Positions 17,229 to 30,712 of a stretch of 64,000 bases of DNA are shown here, piece after piece. Source of the DNA: Macrostomum lignano (taxonomy: Eukaryota); NCBI GenBank assembly GCA_002269645.1, contig NIVC01001843.1, forward strand, positions 1 to 64,000, written 5' to 3'. The notes beneath the pieces are model-generated. The model did no database searches and was not told where the DNA came from. It worked only from the letters and a program-made list of their open reading frames with translations. Each line of letters opens with the position of its first letter. Positions within the stretch are counted from its first letter, which is position 1. A program made the position numbers and the translations under genes.

Positions 17229-17571
17229 GTCGCTGCAGTCTCAAAAATCGCAGCAGCAGCAGCAGCAGCAGCAGCGCAATCGCCCGGTATCTTCAACGCA
17301 ATCGTCCGAGTGCTGCTCAATCGACGAGGCCACGGAGTGGGTGCACCTGACTCGCGAGGAGCGTCGCAGGCGTCGCCGAGCCACCGTCAAGTACCGGACG
17401 GCGCACGCCGCCAGGGAGCGAGTCCGGGTCGAGGCGTTCAACGCGGCGTTCACCGAGCTGCGCAAGCTGCTGCCAACCCTGCCGCCGGAGAAGAAGCTGT
17501 CCAAGATTGAAATACTGCGGCTGGCCATCTGCTACATCATGTACCTCAACTACGTGCTGCAGAGCTCCTGA
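16822..17571 (+). CDS. NHLH1: NHLH/NSCL (HEN1/HLH4C)-family neural bHLH transcription factor, single coding exon
   Basis: C-terminal b[71 protein letters not shown] matches the NSCL family; N-terminus has polyQ/polyP tracts. NHLH1 vs NHLH2 cannot be distinguished for an invertebrate gene. Confidence 0.93.
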
Positions 17572-19074
17572 CCTTTGAGATTCTTGAAAATGCGACTCTG
17601 TGTGCGTGGGAGATTTGAAGCTGGCCTCCGCTCTTCATCTGCCGCTTCATCTGACCCAGGAAGTTGGCAGACTTTTACCTCAAGGGCCAAATAAAGAATC
17701 CGCGGGCCAGATGAGAGGGGAAAGAAGATGAGAGATGAGAGATGAGATAAGAGAGTAGGGGAGTCGAGGTACCCCCTTGAGCTAATCCTAGCCCTACCCT
17801 TCATCAATCTTCATCAAGGACCAGCTATATAGGATTCTTTTCCTTCAATAATCAACTTTTTACTTTTCTCTTGATTGCAATAGTCAGCTTGATTTGTGTT
17901 GTTTTTTTCTAGTTGTCTTGTCGGCCAATTTTATCAGCTTATAAAAAATAATATTTTTAATGATTACCTCACACTATACCTTATTGTTAATCATTGCTTC
18001 ATCAAATACTGTTATTAATTTTGAGCTGAAAAATCGAAAAGAAAAAATGCAAGTCGAGCCTTCAAAAGTTTGTTAAGAAACAAATGTGTCCCATAAACTC
18101 CTAGAGTCCTATTTAGTTGGTCCTTGATGATTCCTTGCATACCACAAATTGTTTACACAATAAATCCAGATTAAAGATTAGTGCTTATCTGTAGACTGAG
18201 GTGTTATTGCCAATCTCTTTGTTGTTTTGGTGCCAAAATTAAAGAAAGACACCATCGATAACTTGATTACGGCAAGTGACCTCACCAACCCCCTAGCTAG
18301 ACCCTCGGTGGCTCCCTGGCCAATGATTTTGCATAAAGATGCTTCATCTGGTTTGTGTGTCTGTCCAGCTTTTTTGTGATCCTACTGTTACATTTTATTC
18401 GATTATAATCTGCTAGCATTGCATCATACTTGTACATAAAAATAATTTCATATCTCAGCGAGTACAATTTCACTTTTCTGTCATTAACGTGGAAAATGAA
18501 TATTTTCTGAAACCCTAAAGTTTGCATAGATAGATGCTATATATAAATATGTTTATTTATTTATTTGTTTATATTAATCATTCGCTTTACAAGTTTACAC
18601 ACACGATGTGTAAATAAATCTGTTTTTTTTGTCACCTGTTAAAACTATATAGTTACAAAAATTGCAATAATAAAAATGGCTATAAATTCAAAGTTTCGTT
18701 TCGAAATTTCGAGCCATAAATATCTTTCTTTCTGTGTGAAGCAGAAGAAATCTACAGAGTAGACCAAGACAGATCATTGAGCAGCTCTTTCCCTCAACCA
18801 AGGGTTGTAAATCACACAGCAGAAGGGCGAGCAGCCTCGATCTCTGTTGAAGACTTTATGGAAGAAATTACGCTAAGAAATTCTTTAGATAACGCGAGTC
18901 AGTCAGTTTAAAACCGAAGTAAGATTGTAAATATATCAGAGAGAGTGTCGTTCCAGCCCGCTGAATTGCTTTATGCTCAAGCTCAGAATCTCCGCTGCAT
19001 CATTTCCTTTGTCTATCCTAACACAATCGGCAAATAAACTCGCTTTGTTCAACTTTCAACTTTTCTCTTTTTCC

Positions 19075-19322
<248 letters not shown>

Positions 19323-20453
19323 TGTCCTCGCCATCCCTTAATCACTTAAAAAGCATCCCAATATTTGTCATCAATTTGAGTCCCTATCAGACGAAATTCG
19401 CACCCCTTTGCGCCAATAAAAGGCCCCTATTAACCTGATCGTGCTCAACACTCATCTGCTCAAGCAACTATCACTTCAGCGCAGTGCCGGAATTAAAAGG
19501 TGACAATTCGTTTATTCCTTCCAGCGCTGTAAGAAAAAATCACGGGAATCCGAGTTTGGGTGAAGGGGGACCAAGCTCAAATCCAAGCTTCCTGCCGACC
19601 CTCAGGGAAGGTATAGCAAAAGGGGAGGGCACAAATGAAATCAAGCGAGTTGAAATTGTCTCAAATTATACTCATGGCCATGGGCGGCTGCCGGCCTTCT
19701 TAACCGCCTCCTTTGCCCCCTGATTCTCCCCTAAACCCCCAAATAGGCTCGCTGAAGCAGAAATATTGGGATTGTACCGAAGCCCCCCGTCTTACTTATA
19801 TTCTTCCACTTATCCACTCTCCGCTCCCCCTGGGCCTTCCAACTGGCGAATTGTCGCGGGGAAAATCTGGTTGGAGACACGTGCTACAATGGGGGTCAGG
19901 AGGGCTGGCTGCCCGGTCCATCCTTATGAAATATAAAGCCGGATTTGCTCACTGGAGCAGCCAGTCTCAATATTCTATCATAAACGCACAGTCTGTTGGT
20001 CAAGCCGAAGTCTTTTTCTGTAATGAGGCCAAAACGCATTTACCTTGACAACGCTGCTGTTATCGAGGGAACAAAGAATTGGATAACAGTTGTGTTCTCC
20101 CTGATTGAAATTTGAATTGAGTCAAGTTGGGGTTTCGGGGGTGATTCCGGGCTATTGAGTTCAAAACAGACAGGCAGACAGACAGACAGTAGAAAGTCTG
20201 CTTGAGGCTTGACTACAAACCCGAGCGAGAGCGAATGAGTGCAGAGAACTCCAGCTTCTGCCGCTTGGAGTTCGGCCAAGAAATTCGTTCTTGGGTTTCG
20301 TATGAATAGTGAAAACAATCTGGCATTAATAGCATCAACAATAGAAACAACATCAGCGACCATGACAACAACAAAAACAACAACAACAATAAGATGTTGG
20401 CCTCAAGCCCCAGATTCTACTCGAGGGCACCCCTGGCTGTGGACCCCAACCCA

Positions 20454-20485
<32 letters not shown>

Positions 20486-20488
<3 letters not shown>

Positions 20489-21280
20489 GGCCGGTGCCGT
20501 GGGACCACCACCCACCGCCTCGTCCGCCGGCTCGCGGCTTCGCAGCTCAGCGAAGTCTCCTGCAGTCCAACCTCGATCACCGCCAGCCTTTTTTCCCGCC
20601 GAGCGCTCCACTCCCTCCCAGCCTCCCCGATGCCTCCGCAGATTCTGCCGCATCCTCCCGCCGAACCCGACCTCTTCCGCAGCGCCGCTATCGACCGCAT
20701 CCGGGAGCTCGCTGCTTCGCTGCCCCCACCGGCCTGGACAATTTATACCGACGCTCCGCGACCGGGGTTAAGATTGCCGGAGGCCACGCCCGCCGCGGCT
20801 CGTCCATCACGTCCAGCTTTGACGGGGAGGTCGCAGGTCGCAAGCGAGTGAATGGGTGCAAGCGAGAGGCAGCAACCCCCCTCCCCCACCGTCTTTGGTC
20901 ATCTGCTCGGACAGCCCCAGCCTTATCGACGCGCTCGCCGCCAACAACCGCGGTATCAACCACAAAATGCACGCGCTGGACCTGATGAACGTGGATACCA
21001 TCGTCCAATGGGTGCCCAGCCACTGCGGCATCCCCGGCAACGAGCACGCCGACCACCTGGCCAAAGTCGGCGGAAGAGTTCTCTGCGACCCACCGGCGGC
21101 CCATGAGCGCATCCGGGAGGCCTACCGCAGTACGTCTCAGCCGCCCACGACCGCGAGGCCATCACCTCGCGGGCTGATCAAAAGCTGCTCGCCCAACTCC
21201 GCTCAGGCCGCACATCAGCAAAAAAGCAATAATAACAACAATATTAAAAAAAAACAACGACAACAACAACAACAACAACC
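20486..21280 (+). mobile_element. 5'-truncated non-LTR retrotransposon (I/Jockey-group-like) RNase H fragment with (CAA)n tail
   Basis: WTIYTD(G)S.. with a frameshift near 20752, then ICSDSPSLIDAL...VQWVPSHCGIPGNEHADHLAK (RNase H catalytic motifs). A/CAA-rich tail at ~21220-21280; starts next to a (CT)n tract. Confidence 0.8.
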
Positions 21281-21867
21281 TAGCACAACTCAGAGCACGC
21301 CTCAAAAGCTTGGACCGAATCTGGGACCCCGGCGTCAGCAGCAGCACCTCCTGAATTGACTGCGGGGCCAGTATAGGGCTCAAAAACTGCTCTAGATGTC
21401 AAAACTGCATCTTTATTTAGCTGTGCGAAGAAAAGTTTGGTTGTAAATGTAAACTGCGTTCGCTTCATGTGTTGCATGGCCTCCATCCTCTCCATATGGA
21501 CAGCCCTGACTGGAGACAGAGAAAGGCGCTGAAGACTCAGGCGTAGCCTGGGGGCTGCAGAAATTGTAGTTGACTAATAATTGCAGCCTTACCTACCGTC
21601 GTTTTTTATCTTAATTATGCCAACGCCAGGTGCGCCAAGGCACTCGCTGGGAAAGCTGGGGCGACAGAGAGAGATTAAGGAACAATTATTATACAATAGA
21701 CAAGGCTGGGGGCCGTCCAAAGCAGTCGAGATTTCGGCAACATTGGACGCTAGTTCGTTTTTTGTTTTTCTCAGGACCGTTGGGCCTCAGTTTTTGCTTG
21801 ATGTGACTGCATACTGGCCATTTGTGATTTGTGAACAGAAATAGACAGTTGTATACTTCTAGACGAG

Positions 21868-22880
<1,013 letters not shown>

Positions 22881-23149
22881 TTATTATCATTAAAATGAAA
22901 TTCGTTTCATTTCATCCGACCGTTCACCGTCACGGCTTGTTTCACGTGCAAAAAATTTCGCATCATAAAACCCGGGGAACCAACAGTTCGCCCACAGATT
23001 ATTCAGGCCATCCCGCTCTGTTCCCGCAGCTGGTGCCCCACAATTTGCGCACGACTTCTTACAGCTTCTTCTTCTTATAATTGCAGCCAGGTGTGCCGCC
23101 ATTTTACTTGTAACGAGGGACAGGGTTCGCTTGGAGAGTTTTTTGAATC

Positions 23150-23852
23150 ATAGATTAGCAACCATTATGTTATTACTAATATTCACTCGTACTAGATTAG
23201 CAATCCATTCCATTCCTTCACACATCGGCTAGATTAGCAACCCATTCCATTCCTTCACACATTGGCTAGATTAGCAATCCATTCCATTCCTTCATAAATT
23301 GGCTAGATTAGCAATCCATTCTATTCCTTCATAAATTGGCTAGATTAGCAATCCATTTAATTCCTTCATAAATTGGCTAGATTAGCAATCCATTCTATTC
23401 CTTCATAAATTGGCTAGATTAGCAATCCATTCTATTCCATCATAAATTGGCTAGATTAGCAGTCCATTCTATTACTTCATAAATTGGCTAGATTAGCAAT
23501 CCATTCTATTCCTTCATAAATTGGCTAGATTAGCAATCCATTCTATTCCTTCATAGATTGGCTAGATTAGCAATCCATTCTATTCCTTCATAAATTGGCT
23601 AGATTAGCAATCCATTCTATTCCTTCATAGATTGGCTAGATTAGCAATCCATTCTATTCCTTCATAAATTGGCTAGATTAGCAATCCATTCTATTCCTTC
23701 ATAAATTGGCTAGATTAGCAATCCATTCTATTCCTTCATAGATTGGCTAGATTAGCAATCCATTCCATTCCTTCACACATTGGCTAGATTAGCAATCCAT
23801 TCTATTCCATCATAAATTGGCTAGATTAGCAATCCATTCTATTCCTTCATAA
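23150..23852. repeat. 37-bp minisatellite (TGGCTAGATTAGCAATCCATTCTATTCCTTCATAAAT)n
   Basis: Direct tandem units. Confidence 0.95.
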
Positions 23853-24759
23853 GTTCATCCTTCAATGCACAATGAGTCCCTCTTTCATTACAAAAAATGT
23901 TTAACTTTTCTTCTATAAAAATGTCTACTCAAGCTGAAACGATCTCAGCAGGACTCAGCAGCACATGCAGCTTAATTCCCCCAACGGCTCAACGAACCCA
24001 GAGCTTCAACGAGAGCGAGAAAAGTGAAAGCGCGTACCAGCAGGTGGTGGAAGGCCGGCTTCAGCCGCGAGCTCAAAGACCAGATTGCCTATAATTGTTG
24101 GAATTGCGATGGCGGAAGCCCACCACCCCTCCCCCCCAGGGTGTTTTTTAGATCTCAGTATTATCCTATTCACGCAGCCGCGAGATAAAGACCTGAGAGA
24201 GTCGGGCGGTTCTTAGCCGGACACTGCGTGGGAATCGATAGTCAGCCTCACACAAGAGTGAGTTGTTTTCCTGCTAGAAAAAACTCTACTGCAGAAGAGC
24301 TGAACCTGAAACAGCCAATTATAGCTCAGTGGCCTCTGCAATAAGACTGACTTATAACGGCCAGTAATTATTAATATTTGTGAAAGACAAAACGCGGCAC
24401 CAACTAAAGACTACGGGGATTTGAGCATAGTAATTATACTGCTCAACTCTTGTTATATAAAGACAAAGATTTCGTTTCAAGCAGAGTGTGAGGAGTCAGA
24501 AAGAGATGGTCAGAGATTGCGATCTCGGGTAGGTGAACTGCACAGGTACTGAGAGTGCTGCCTCGCCTTGATGAGTGACGCAAGCAGATAGTATTTGTTC
24601 ATGCAACTGCACTAACCGCTGCCAACTCTGCTTAACCTTCGTGGCAGGTTTTATTTACTTCAACAGAAAAGTAAATGAAGAAAAATTACGACATGAAACA
24701 AAAAATTCCAGCTCTAACTGTTTACGTTACCCTGTTTGAAAATAAACTACATACTAGAT

Positions 24760-25505
24760 TCCTTCTACTCTCCTATCTACACTCTACTCTACGATCTACC
24801 ACTCTATCTACACTCTACTCTGCGATCTACCATTCTATTTACACTTTACTCTAAGATCTACCATTCTTTCTACACTCTACTCTGCTATCTACCATTCTAT
24901 CTACACTCTACTCTGCGATCTACTATTCTTTCTACACTCTACTCTGCTATCTACCATTCTATTTACACTTTACTCTACGATCTACCATTCTATCTACACT
25001 CTACTTTGCGATCTACCATTCTATTTACACTTTACTCTACGATCTACCATTCTATCTACACTCTACTCTGCGATCTACCATTCTTTCTACACTCTACTCT
25101 AATATCTACCATTCTATCTACACTCTACTCTGCGATCTACCATTCTTTCTACACTCTACTCTAATATCTACCATTCTATCTACACTCTACTCTAATATCT
25201 ACCATTCTATCTACACTCTACTCTAATATCTAAAATTCTATCTACACTCTACTCAACGATCTACCATTTTTTCTACACTCTACTCAACGATCTACCATTC
25301 TATCTATACTCTACTTAACGATCTACCATCATATCTAGAGTTTACTTTGCAATCTACCATTCTATCTATACTCTACTCTTCGATCTACCATTCTATCTAC
25401 ACTCTACTCAACAATCTACCATTCTATCTACACTCTAATCAACGATCTACCATTCTATCTACACTCTACTTAACGATCTACCATTATATCTACTCTACTC
25501 TACTC
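24760..25505. repeat. ~31-bp minisatellite (CTACACTCTACTCTGCGATCTACCATTCTAT)n
   Basis: Direct tandem units. Confidence 0.93.
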
Positions 25506-26499
25506 TTCTATCTATCATTCTGTCCACCTTCCACTCTGCTCTCTACCTTTTTATTCACGCCTTTACCCTGCCTGGCATTAATATCTTGCCTCCATCTTCA
25601 CCCTACACTCCCATGTACATACAAATTTATTTGAAATAATCTTTAAACTAAATTTGAACCGAACAATCTACACGCAAACAAAATCAATTACAATAGCATA
25701 TTCAACAATCAAAGTATAGTTACAGCTATAATTATCCCTAATAATTAATAATAATGCCTAAAGACCCCCGGCGAGTTGAATTAGAAAAACCCCATGGCTG
25801 GAATGCTGTGGGAGACAAAAAACTGAAAATAACTGCTGATAACAGTTCGCGTTGCAGCTACGCAGCTGCCGCTGAACTATCCCTACCAGGGCCTCATTAT
25901 AGCCAGCCCAGACTCCACAGTCTGCGCATCAATCACGCAACAGGATCTACAAAGGATTATCAAGTTTGAAAGGCCTATCCTAGATGAAAATAGGCTGCGG
26001 CTTCTGTGTGTGGCTGTGGCGTGTTTATACTTAGATTTGAAATATCGGGACCATATGGGCACAGATCCAGCCAAGTCTCAGGTATTGCCGAGATTTCAGT
26101 TGATGGGGGAGGTCGCAACGGGGGGTGTTGCGTGAACACATTCGGCTGAGAATAGGGAAGGCAAAGACGGGAAAGGATGCTCAACCGTCTGCTTCTGCAG
26201 CAGCAGCTAATTAGCACTCTAAGGATAGAAGAAGGCCGACATGATGAGGCTCTGCGAGCTCTCTTGAGATGGGACCAATCTGCTTTGCTCACCTGCAGCC
26301 AGTGCGAGCTTCCACTGCATGGCTTTAATATTCTTTCCATTTGTCTGCTAGGGCACTTGTAAGGCGATAGTTCCGGCTTTGCATCCGGGATGCGGGGCTC
26401 AGGGAGGGCTCTTCGATGCGCGGGGTGAAGAGGCTGCGAAGTGCTTGTCGGCATTCGATGAGGCTGCTGGAGGGGTGCGATTGCTGAGCACGCGTGGCA

Positions 26500-26563
26500 A
26501 CTATCTATCTATTTATCTGTCTATCTATCTATCTACCCATCTATCTATCTATTTATCTATCTG

Positions 26564-26595
<32 letters not shown>

Positions 26596-26598
26596 CCC

Positions 26599-26651
<53 letters not shown>

Positions 26652-26655
26652 CCTG

Positions 26656-26707
<52 letters not shown>

Positions 26708-26727
26708 CCCATCTATCTATCTACCTG

Positions 26728-26801
<74 letters not shown>

Positions 26802-26823
26802 GATCTATCTATCTACCTGTTTG

Positions 26824-26866
<43 letters not shown>

Positions 26867-26899
26867 ATCTATCTATCTATCTATTTATCTATCTATCTT

Positions 26900-26938
<39 letters not shown>

Positions 26939-27085
26939 GTCTGTCTATCATCTATCTATCTATCCATCTATCTACCTATCTATCTACCTATCTATTTGTC
27001 TGTCTATCTATGTATGTATCTATCTATCTATCATCTATCTAGCTATCTATCTCTCTATCTACCTGGCTGTCTACCTATCTAGCCT
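26500..27085. repeat. (CTAT)n microsatellite (reverse orientation to the 21.9-kb GATA run)
   Basis: Direct tetranucleotide run. Confidence 0.97.
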
Positions 27086-27564
27086 CATTCTGCTTACATA
27101 CTACTATACTACTATGCTTACATAATATCTATGTAGGCAAGTACTCGTACGAGTAGTTTGAAGCAGTTTTTTTCCACCAAAAATGCAAGTATATCTGCTT
27201 TCCCAAAATTAACCAAAAACTCAGCCATAAGCCAGGCAGTTTGCAGGTGTCAAGCCGGAACACAAAAGAAAAGACTGTTTTGATGACGAAGGCGACATTT
27301 TCAGTTGGGTGATTCTGGGCAAGTATTTAATTTTTAGGGTCGCAAACAGCCGCACTGGCTTAATAGCTGATGTTTTTTGACAACTGGCCCCAATTACTGA
27401 GCCCATGTTTATTGCCCAGACCAATTATTATACGAGTAATATTAGACACTATTAAGAAATAATTAGCAAAGTAATTTATCTAAATAGGCAATTTGCCTGA
27501 TAATCTGGAGAGTAACTGCATTATTATGGATTTGGATCTTCTGACGTCAGCTCTAAGTAAAAAA

Positions 27565-28475
27565 GGAGTCAGGGAGTGAAGTTAAAGAAGAGTCAGGGAG
27601 TGAAGTTAAAGAAGAGTCAGGGAGTGAAGTTAAAGAAGAGTCAGATGGAGCTTAAAGAAGAGTCAGATGGAGCTTAAAGAAGAGTCAGAGGGAGCTTAAA
27701 GAAGAGTCAGAGGGAGCTTAAAGAAGAGTCAGAGGGAGCTTAAAGAAGAGTCAAAGGGAGCTTAAATAGAGAGTCAGGGAGGGAGCTTAAATAGAGAGGC
27801 AGGGAGGGAGCTTAAATAGAGAGTCAGGGAGGGAGAGTCAGGGAGGGAGAGTCAGGGAGGGAGCTTAAATAGAGAGTCAGGGAGGGAGCTTAAAGGGAGA
27901 GTCAGGGAGGGAGCTTAAATAGAGAGTCAGGGAGGGAGCTTAAATAGAGTCAGGGAGGGAGCTTAAATAGAGAGTCAGGGAGGGAGCTTAAATAGAGAGT
28001 CAGGGAGGGAGCTTAAAAAGAGAGGCAGGGAGGAAGCTTAAATAGAGAGTCAGGGAGGGAGCTTAAATAGAGAGGCAGGGAGGAAGCTTAAATAGAGAGT
28101 CAGGGAGGGAGCTTAAAGGGAGAGGCAGGGAGGGACATTACATAGAGAGTCAGGGAGGAAGCTTGAAGAAGAGTCAGGGAGGGAGCTTAAAGAAGAGTCA
28201 GGGAGGGAGCTTAAATAAAGAGTCAGGGAGGGAGCTTAAAGAAGAGTCAGGGAGGGAGCTTGAAGAAGAGTCAGGGAGGGAGCTTAAAGAAGAGTCAGGG
28301 AGGGAGCTTAAATAAAGAGTCAGGGAGGGAGCTTAAAGAAGAGTCAGGGAGGGAGCTTAAATAAAGAGTCAGGTAGGGAGCTTAAAGGAGAGTCAGGGAG
28401 GAAGCTTAAATAGAGAGGCAGGGAGGAAGCTTAAATAGAGAGGCAGGGAGGGACTCGGGGAGCTCAAAGAAGAGT
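27565..28475. repeat. ~25-bp purine-rich minisatellite (GAGTCAGGGAGGGAGCTTAAATAGA)n
   Basis: Direct tandem units. Confidence 0.93.
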
Positions 28476-29314
28476 CAAGGAAGAATCTACTCTGATAGGC
28501 CCAGCGCTATCATGAGCACTTTGAACGTTGCTTTGCAAGGAAAATAAAGAACAGAAAATGGAGTCGTGTTTGATATTTTTTCTCCAAAGTAAATTACAGC
28601 CAACAGTCGAAAAAATCTTTCAATCGAAATTCATCCAGCCCATTTCAAACTGCTGAGTAAGAAGGAGTTAACAGAGCAGTTGTCAAGCTTCCGGGCTATC
28701 AACACTCACAACAGCAGCGGCGCAGAGACAAACGAAAAATCAGATTATATTTTTAGTTTATTAGAATACTCGGATACCTGTACCAACAAGATATTATTTA
28801 GTTATATAATAATGAGTAGGGGGGGGGGCAGAGAGGAGACGAGACGGACCAGAGCAATCGGACCTTATAAATTTTAAAGCAGAATCACAAAAATACTCCG
28901 TCATCAACTCTACTACTACTGCTACTAACAGTAGCTGGTACAAGGGAAGTGGTATAAGTGGCGAATCAAACAATTAAATAATAAATATTTCAATCCCAAA
29001 TCCTGACACAGTAAGCCCAGTTAACAGAGTTGCACAAAACACGACAGCAAAACAAAATCCAGTCGAATGGACAGTGACATTAAACACATTAAAATAACAT
29101 TAAGTCAATTCCATTTCAAAGACAAGCTGACAGTGTTGCTGATAACAAGAATTGAAACGGCCGTCAAGAAGACATAAATAGCATTAGTCTGAAACAAGCT
29201 GAATTTCTCAACAATTTCATTACTGTTTTGCTTGGGAAATTTTGCGAAAGTTGAGCAGGACGAGCAATGCGCAAACACAGCTGGTTAGGGATTAATGATT
29301 TTGTCTATGATTTA

Positions 29315-30480
29315 GATGGGATCTCAATCCTGTCTCTAGATATCGGATCTCGATCCTATCCTTAGATATCGGATCTCAATCCTATCCCTAGATATCGGAT
29401 CTCAATCCTATCCCTAGATATCGGATCTCAATCCTATCCCTAGATATCGGATCTCAATCCTATCCCTAGATATCGGATCTCAATCCTATCCCTAGATATC
29501 GGATCTCAATCCTATCCCTAGATATCGGATCTCAATCCTATCCCTAGATATCGGATCTCGATCCTATCCTTAGATATCGGATCTCGATCCTATCCTTAGA
29601 TATCGGATCTCAATCCTATTCCATAGATATGGGATCTCGATCCTATTCCATAGATATGGGATCTCAATCCTATCCTTAGATATGGGATCTCAATCCTGTC
29701 CCTAGATATGGGATCTCAATCCTATCCACAGATATGGGATCTCACTCCTGTCTCTAGATATGGGATCTCAATCCTGTTCATAGATATGGGATCTCAATAT
29801 TGTCTCTAGATATGGGATCTCAATCCTGTTCATAGATATGGGATCTCAATCTTGTCTATAGATATGGGATCTCAATCTTGTCCATAGACATGGGATCTCA
29901 ATCCTGTCCCTAGATATGGGATCTCAATCCTATCCACAGATATGGGATCTCACTCCTGTCTCTAGATATTGGATCTCAATCCTGTCCCTAGTTATGGGAT
30001 CTCAATCCTGTTCATAGATATGGGATCTCAATCCTGTCCCTAGTTATGGGATCTCAATCCTGTCCATAAATATGGGATCTCAATATTGTCTCTAGATATG
30101 GGATCTCAATCCTGTCTCTAGATATGGGATCTCAATCCTGTTTATAGATATGGGATCTCAATCTTGTCTCTAGATATGGGATCTCAATATTGTCTCTAGA
30201 TATGGGATCTCAATCCTGTTCATAGATATGGGATCTCAATATTGTCTCTAGATATGGGATCTCAATATTGTCTCTAGATATGGGATCTCAATCCTGTTCA
30301 TAGATATGGGATCTCAATCTTGTCTATAGATGTAGGATCTCAACTCTATCCATAGATATGGGATCTCAATCCTGTTCATAGATATGGGTTCTCAATCCTG
30401 TTCATAGATATGGGATCTCAACCCGATCCATAGATATAGGATTTCAATATATAGATATGGGATCTCAATTCTGACCCTAG
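29315..30480. repeat. 26-bp minisatellite (AGATATGGGATCTCAATCCTGTCCCT)n
   Basis: Direct tandem units; the ATCGG variant at the left end gives way to ATGGG at the right. Confidence 0.95.
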
Positions 30481-30712
30481 ATTAGATTAGAGTCTAAATC
30501 GTATCCAAAAATATTGAAGAGAGATGAGAAGCCATCTAAGGCGAGCCTTGGGTGTTCCTATGAAACAGCGATTAAAAGTTTAAGGATTGCAAGTTACTAA
30601 GCCCCAAACTTAATAATTCAGTGGCGATTAGAGCAGGCAGACAAAACCAAAGCGCAACAGTGCAGTTCCAAAAATCCAGGGAGAATCTCGGAAAAGCTTG
30701 AACAAACACTGT

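Noticed and set aside
26050-26120. 'AIPETWLD' on the minus strand as a LINE APE-endonuclease motif
   Set aside because: Single short match; no other APE motifs in frame
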